The notes beneath the pieces were generated by a model. That model was not told where the DNA came from and made no database searches. It was given only the letters and a program-made list of their open reading frames with translations. Shown one piece after another: positions 61,136-64,000 of a DNA stretch of 64,000 nucleotides (within the stretch, counting starts at the first letter, position 1; every line of letters begins with the position of its first letter). The stretch spans positions 13,612 through 77,611 of the forward strand of contig CAVWCC010000013.1 in NCBI GenBank assembly GCA_963753385.1, in the 5' to 3' direction. The translations under genes were made by a program, and so were the position numbers. Source of the stretch: an uncultured bacterium (GTDB lineage Bacteria; Actinomycetota; Thermoleophilia; Solirubrobacterales; 70-9).

Positions 61136-61955
61136 GTGGGCTCTGCGGCGGGCAGGATCGTCCTGATCACGGGGTCGACGGACGGCCTCGGCCTGGCAAC
61201 CGCGCGGCGGCTTGCGGGGCTGGGGGCCTGCGTGCTGGTCCATGGCCGCAATCCGCAGAAGCTCGAACGCGTCCTGTCCGGCATGTCCTCCGGGGGCGAG
61301 TCCGGCCCGCACGGCTACCTTGCTGACCTCTCTTCGCTGGACGAAACGCGGCGGCTCGCGCGCGACGTCGCGGCCGAGCACGAGCGCCTCGACGTGCTCG
61401 TCAACAACGCCGGGGTCATCAGCCCCGACCGGCAGGTCAGCCGGGACGGAATCGAGCTGGCGTTCGCGGTCAACTACCTCTCGCACTTCCTGCTGACGCT
61501 CGAGCTCCTGCCGCTGCTCGCGGCAACCGGCGGGCGGGTGGTGAACGTCGCCTCCATCGGCCAGCAGGCGATCGATTTCGACGACGTCATGCTGGAGCGC
61601 GACTACAGCGCGTCGCGGTCGTACTCGCAGAGCAAACTGGCGCAGATCATGTTCACAATCGAGCTCGCGGAGCGGCTCGGCCCGGACGCGCACGGTGACC
61701 GCGAACGCGCTCCATCCCGCGACGCTGATGGACACGAAGATGGTCCGCGCGTTTGGCAGCCAGGTGCTGAGCACCGTGGCCGAGGGCGTGGAGGCGACCG
61801 TCAGGCTGGCGGCGGGGGACGAGCTCGACGGGGTGACGGGGCGGTACTTCGACGGCCTCGAGGAGGCGACGGCCGATCCGCAGGCATACGACGCCGATGC
61901 CCGTCGCCTTTTGTGGGAGCTGAGCGAAGAGCTCACCGGCGCCAGGCTGCGCTAG
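61136..61955 (+). pseudogene. Short-chain dehydrogenase/reductase, one frameshift near 61690
   Basis: IVLITGSTDGLGLATARRL...VLVNNAGV...YSQSKLAQIMF is in the frame of ORF 58889..62011. The C-terminus VTANALHPATLMDTKMV... is in ORF 61695..61955. Confidence 0.8.
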
Positions 61956-62013
61956 CGATCTCACGGTGCATGCGCCCGGGTCGTTCCATCAATGAACGAC
62001 CGAGGAGGTAGAC

Positions 62014-62496
62014 GTGAGCGAGGTGCGGGTGCACACGACGATCGAAAGCCCGGTGGGCGACCTGCTCTTGATCGGCGACGGCGAGCGGTTGCTCGGGCTC
62101 CACATGCAGGCCGGCCGCAGGCCCGGCCACGTGCCGCCGGATTCGAAGACGGCGAGCGAGCCCTTCGCCGCAGCCCGGGAGCAGCTCGGCGAGTACTTCG
62201 CGGGCGAGCGGACTGACTTCGAGCTGCCGCTGGCACCCGTCGGCACGCCGTTCCAGGAGGAGGTCTGGAGTGCCCTGCGCGAGATCCCCTACGGGGAGAC
62301 CGCCAGCTACGGCGAGCTGGCGGAGCGGATCGGGCGCCCGAGCGCCGCGCGCGCGGTCGGCATGGCGAACGGGCGGAACCCGATCTCGATCATCGTCCCG
62401 TGCCACCGGGTGATCGGCGCGACCGGCGAGCTGACCGGGTACGCGGGCGGCGTCGAGCGCAAGCGGCTCCTGCTGGACCTGGAGGGCGGCGCCTGA
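62014..62496 (+). CDS. ogt: Methylated-DNA--protein-cysteine methyltransferase
   Basis: Active-site motif [10 protein letters not shown], with YGELA...[15 protein letters not shown] start after GAGGAGG. Confidence 0.9.
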   Translation: MSEVRVHTTIESPVGDLLLIGDGERLLGLHMQAGRRPGHVPPDSKTASEPFAAAREQLGEYFAGERTDFELPLAPVGTPFQEEVWSALREIPYGETASYGELAERIGRPSAARAVGMANGRNPISIIVPCHRVIGATGELTGYAGGVERKRLLLDLEGGA

Positions 62497-62497
62497 T

Positions 62498-63760
62498 TCA
62501 GGCGGGCGCCGGCTCTTCCGCGGGCAGCAGGCCGGCGTCGGCGGGCGACTTCTCGCCACGCGTGCGAAGGAGGAACGGCAGCGACAGCGCGGAGATCCCG
62601 GCCGATATGACGTAGGAGGTCGGATAGCCCCAGACGTCCGCCGCCCGCCCCAGCACCGGCTGCGCGACGACGCCCCCGGTCGAGCTCATCAGCGAGTCGA
62701 ACGAGAGGATCGTGGCCCGCTGCTGCGAAGGGATCATGTCGTTCAGGTAGGCCTGGCGAATCGGCATCGAGGCGGCGAACAGGAGCCCCCAGACGGAGAT
62801 CAGAGCGATCACGGCGCCGAAGCTCTCGATCAGGCCGATGCCGAGGAGCGCCGCAACGCTGAGCACCTCGGCGGTGATCAGCGCCGAGGTCCGCCGGCGG
62901 AAGAGGCCGCGGAGGAACGGGGTCGCGAAGCCGCCCAGGATCTGCGCGCCGGCGACGATCGCGGCGACGAGACCGGCGACCCCGTAGGCGGTCGGGTCGC
63001 CGTAGAGCTCGAGCAGGTACGGCTGGAGCGCGTAGAAGACGTAGATGCCCACGCCGCCGGTCCACGGTGCGGCCAGCATGAGGTAGCGGACCGAGGGCAC
63101 GCGCCATCCGTACTGGATCGAGTTTGCGGTGATGTCGCGCATGCCCGCGAGCGGGCTCGCCTCGCGTTTTCGCTCGAACCCGAGATCGTGCATCAGCGCG
63201 AACGCGGTGAAGAACATCAGGATCAGGATCGCGGCCCGCAGCACGAACGGAAACCCGAGGCTCACCGCCTGGGCGAGGAACCCGCCCGCGATCGAACCGG
63301 TGAGCATCCCGACGCCGGTCACGATCTGGCCGCGGGCGAGCACCGACTCGAGCGTGCCCTGGTACTGCGTGAACGCGAGCGCGTCGACCAGCCACGCCTC
63401 GACGGCGCCGGAGAAAAACGTGAAGCCGAGCCCGAGGAAGAGCGAGACGAGCGCCCAGCTCCAGAAGGGCGCCTCGACCTGCCACAGCATCACGTAGAGG
63501 GCAGTGGTGACCGCCAGGGTCACCGTCCCGAGCAGGAACGACATGCGCCGCCCCCACATGTCGGCGACGATCCCGGTCGGGACCTCGAAGATGACCATTC
63601 CGGCGGTGAAGAACGCGTTGGCGGCGAAAGCCTCGAGGTTGTTGAGCCCCGCGTCGAGCAGGAAGATCGTGTTGATGCCCCAGATCAGCGACGCCGCGAC
63701 CGTGTTGCCCAGCATCAGCGCGTAGTACGTGCGCTTGACGGAGGTCGGCGTGGCGGTCAC
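62498..63760 (-). CDS. MFS transporter
   Basis: 420 aa with ~12 hydrophobic segments; GIVADMWGRR-type loop between TM2 and TM3. Confidence 0.9.
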   Translation of the reverse strand: MTATPTSVKRTYYALMLGNTVAASLIWGINTIFLLDAGLNNLEAFAANAFFTAGMVIFEVPTGIVADMWGRRMSFLLGTVTLAVTTALYVMLWQVEAPFWSWALVSLFLGLGFTFFSGAVEAWLVDALAFTQYQGTLESVLARGQIVTGVGMLTGSIAGGFLAQAVSLGFPFVLRAAILILMFFTAFALMHDLGFERKREASPLAGMRDITANSIQYGWRVPSVRYLMLAAPWTGGVGIYVFYALQPYLLELYGDPTAYGVAGLVAAIVAGAQILGGFATPFLRGLFRRRTSALITAEVLSVAALLGIGLIESFGAVIALISVWGLLFAASMPIRQAYLNDMIPSQQRATILSFDSLMSSTGGVVAQPVLGRAADVWGYPTSYVISAGISALSLPFLLRTRGEKSPADAGLLPAEEPAPA

Positions 63761-63779
63761 GTCTACCTAGCGTACGAAG

Positions 63780-63807
63780 ACGGGGGCGCCGATCCCGGCG
63801 CCCCCGT
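63780..63807 (-). terminator. Perfect 12-bp GC-rich stem with a 4-nt loop, downstream of the partial peptidase gene
   Basis: ACGGGGGCGCCG-atcc-CGGCGCCCCCGT. On the minus strand it is followed by CTTCGT, so the U-tract is weak. Confidence 0.5.
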
Positions 63808-63824
63808 TCACCTCTGCTTGCCTC

Positions 63825-64000
63825 TCAGTACTTGCCGTTGGCGATCCGCTGCTCGAAGCCGGCCCGCCATTCGGAGGCGGCTGCCGCCTCGCGGGCATTC
63901 AGCCTCGCCGCCGCGCCGCCGCCGACCGCCTCGGGCGGCGGCTTCGAGCCGGTGAAGAGCCAGGTCTCGAACAGGTCGTCGAGGTCCTGGCCGGCGATGC
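63825..64000 (-). CDS. 3' end of a gene cut by the window edge; the C-terminus resembles M1-family aminopeptidases
   Basis: Reverse translation gives IAGQDLDDLFETWLFTGSKPPPEA...EWRAGFEQRIANGKY-stop. It is absent from the ORF track because there is no start in the window. The family call rests on a short motif only. Confidence 0.4.
   Translation of the reverse strand, partial: IAGQDLDDLFETWLFTGSKPPPEAVGGGAAARLNAREAAAASEWRAGFEQRIANGKY

Noticed and set aside
50335-61955. Programmed ribosomal frameshifting or transcriptional slippage as the explanation for the broken genes
   Set aside because: There are far too many events, several per gene, of both signs, and some are compensating. I saw no recurrent slippery heptamer or homopolymer context at the junctions.
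58889-62011. The single 1040-aa ORF in the track
   Set aside because: It is a read-through artefact. Only some of its segments (the S58 N-terminus, the M20 N-terminal two thirds and the SDR N-terminal two thirds) are real protein sequence. The rest is Arg/Pro-rich out-of-frame translation. Three separate genes with ATGA and TAG junctions explain it better.

Overview
This is a very GC-rich bacterial chromosomal segment in which third codon positions are almost all G/C. Gene content looks like a high-GC Actinomycetota-type organism: F420-type LLM and DDN enzymes, many TetR and ECF regulators, and tightly overlapped ATGA/GTGA gene junctions. I call about 70 protein genes. I recognised no rRNA, tRNA, CRISPR array, transposase or integrase. 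Layout from left to right: (1) 0-12 kb holds housekeeping and accessory enzymes, including a TetR-controlled epimerase/SnoaL operon. (2) 12.4-15.0 kb holds a FlgM-like small protein and a single-polypeptide ECF sigma / zinc anti-sigma / transmembrane fusion. That fusion ends in a ~520-bp (Pro-Asp)n hexanucleotide array with internal frame breaks. (3) 15-18 kb holds a cyclase-STAND-TPR protein. (4) 19-23 kb holds an HTTM-domain membrane operon, divergent from a 9-TM protein that carries presenilin/SPP-like D / GxGD-type / PAL motifs. A VapBC pair and ftsH follow. (5) 26.7-38.6 kb holds an 11-gene sugar locus: GH114, GH4, ABC importer, two PfkB kinases, SIS isomerase/deaminase, aldolase-like protein and DeoR. 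I interpret it as a candidate alpha-polygalactosamine utilisation pathway. (6) 46-50 kb holds an HDAC-like amidohydrolase with kdd, a thioesterase, kce and TetR. (7) 50.3-62.0 kb holds a co-directional peptide uptake and hydrolysis operon: LD-carboxypeptidase, two SBPs, two permeases, two ATPases, DmpA-type aminopeptidase, M20 peptidase and SDR. Every one of these genes is broken by 1-2 nt indels, while the flanks are intact. (8) 62-64 kb holds ogt, an MFS transporter and a partial M1-peptidase-like gene. My own coordinates, where they do not come from the ORF track, may be off by 1-2 nt. At one place (~30240) my hand indexing of the printed sequence disagreed by 1 nt with the ORF track, and I trusted the ORF track.
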